A DNA stretch of 63,641 bases, filler included, from Octopus bimaculoides (lineage: Eukaryota), in the NCBI RefSeq assembly GCF_001194135.2. It is 4 parts of 4 records of this genome, joined end to end, with 100 filler letters (N's around TTAATTAATTAA, not from the genome) between each part and the next. Parts side by side here need not be neighbours in the genome. Positions count along the whole stretch, not along the records: positions 62,365 to 63,641 come from NW_026386092.1; 3 more parts are not named here. One strand, given 5' to 3'. Position 1 is the stretch's first letter. Every line of letters begins with the position of its first letter. The notes under the pieces were generated by a model, which made no database searches, was not told the DNA's origin, and worked only from the letters and a program-made list of their open reading frames with translations. Positions 63,424 through 63,641 of this stretch are shown piece by piece. The translations under genes and the position numbers were made by a program.

Positions 63424-63641
63424 TAATAATATTTTGAGGTACTATTTCTACTGCTATGACCACTACCACTAACAACAACAGCAATCTCATGATGACGATA
63501 GAAGGAAAATACTAGCTAAGTGAAGAGAAAAGTCAGTAAAAATAATCTTATTTAGGGTCTAAAGTTCTATTGCCACAGCTATAGAACTTTATATAGATGA
63601 AACAGGGACAACTGACGAAAGGGTATACTCTTTATGTTGCA

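Overview
Repeat-dominated, gap-rich eukaryotic DNA. The SINE families, extreme microsatellite load and TE mix look like a coleoid cephalopod, probably an Octopus draft assembly (inference, no search run). The window is not one contiguous locus: three artificial 100-nt spacers (44 N + TTAATTAATTAA + 44 N) join four pieces (1-31600, 31701-51205, 51306-62264, 62365-63641). Nearly all ORFs in the track are microsatellite, SINE or N-gap read-throughs. Supportable content: more than 20 copies of a tRNA-derived SINE with an internal (TA)/(TG) tract, three other SINE families, piggyBac-, hAT- and Tc1-type MITEs, and decayed transposase remnants (DD37D-like, mariner, hAT, piggyBac). Also R4/Dong and CR1-group LINE ends, Helitron-like ends and many Penelope-like element (PLE) termini. 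A weak minus-strand exon chain (22.4 kb to 6.5 kb) may encode a C-terminus with a GPI-signal-like tail. No gene could be named. The most interesting signal is a set of minimal type I hammerhead-ribozyme (HHR) motifs in at least five unrelated PLE-end families. These include a three-copy composite element made of a Pol III tRNA-like head, a (TAA)n linker and an HHR-bearing PLE terminus, plus several long fold-back repeats. All family assignments come from motif recognition by eye, and most repeat boundaries are approximate.
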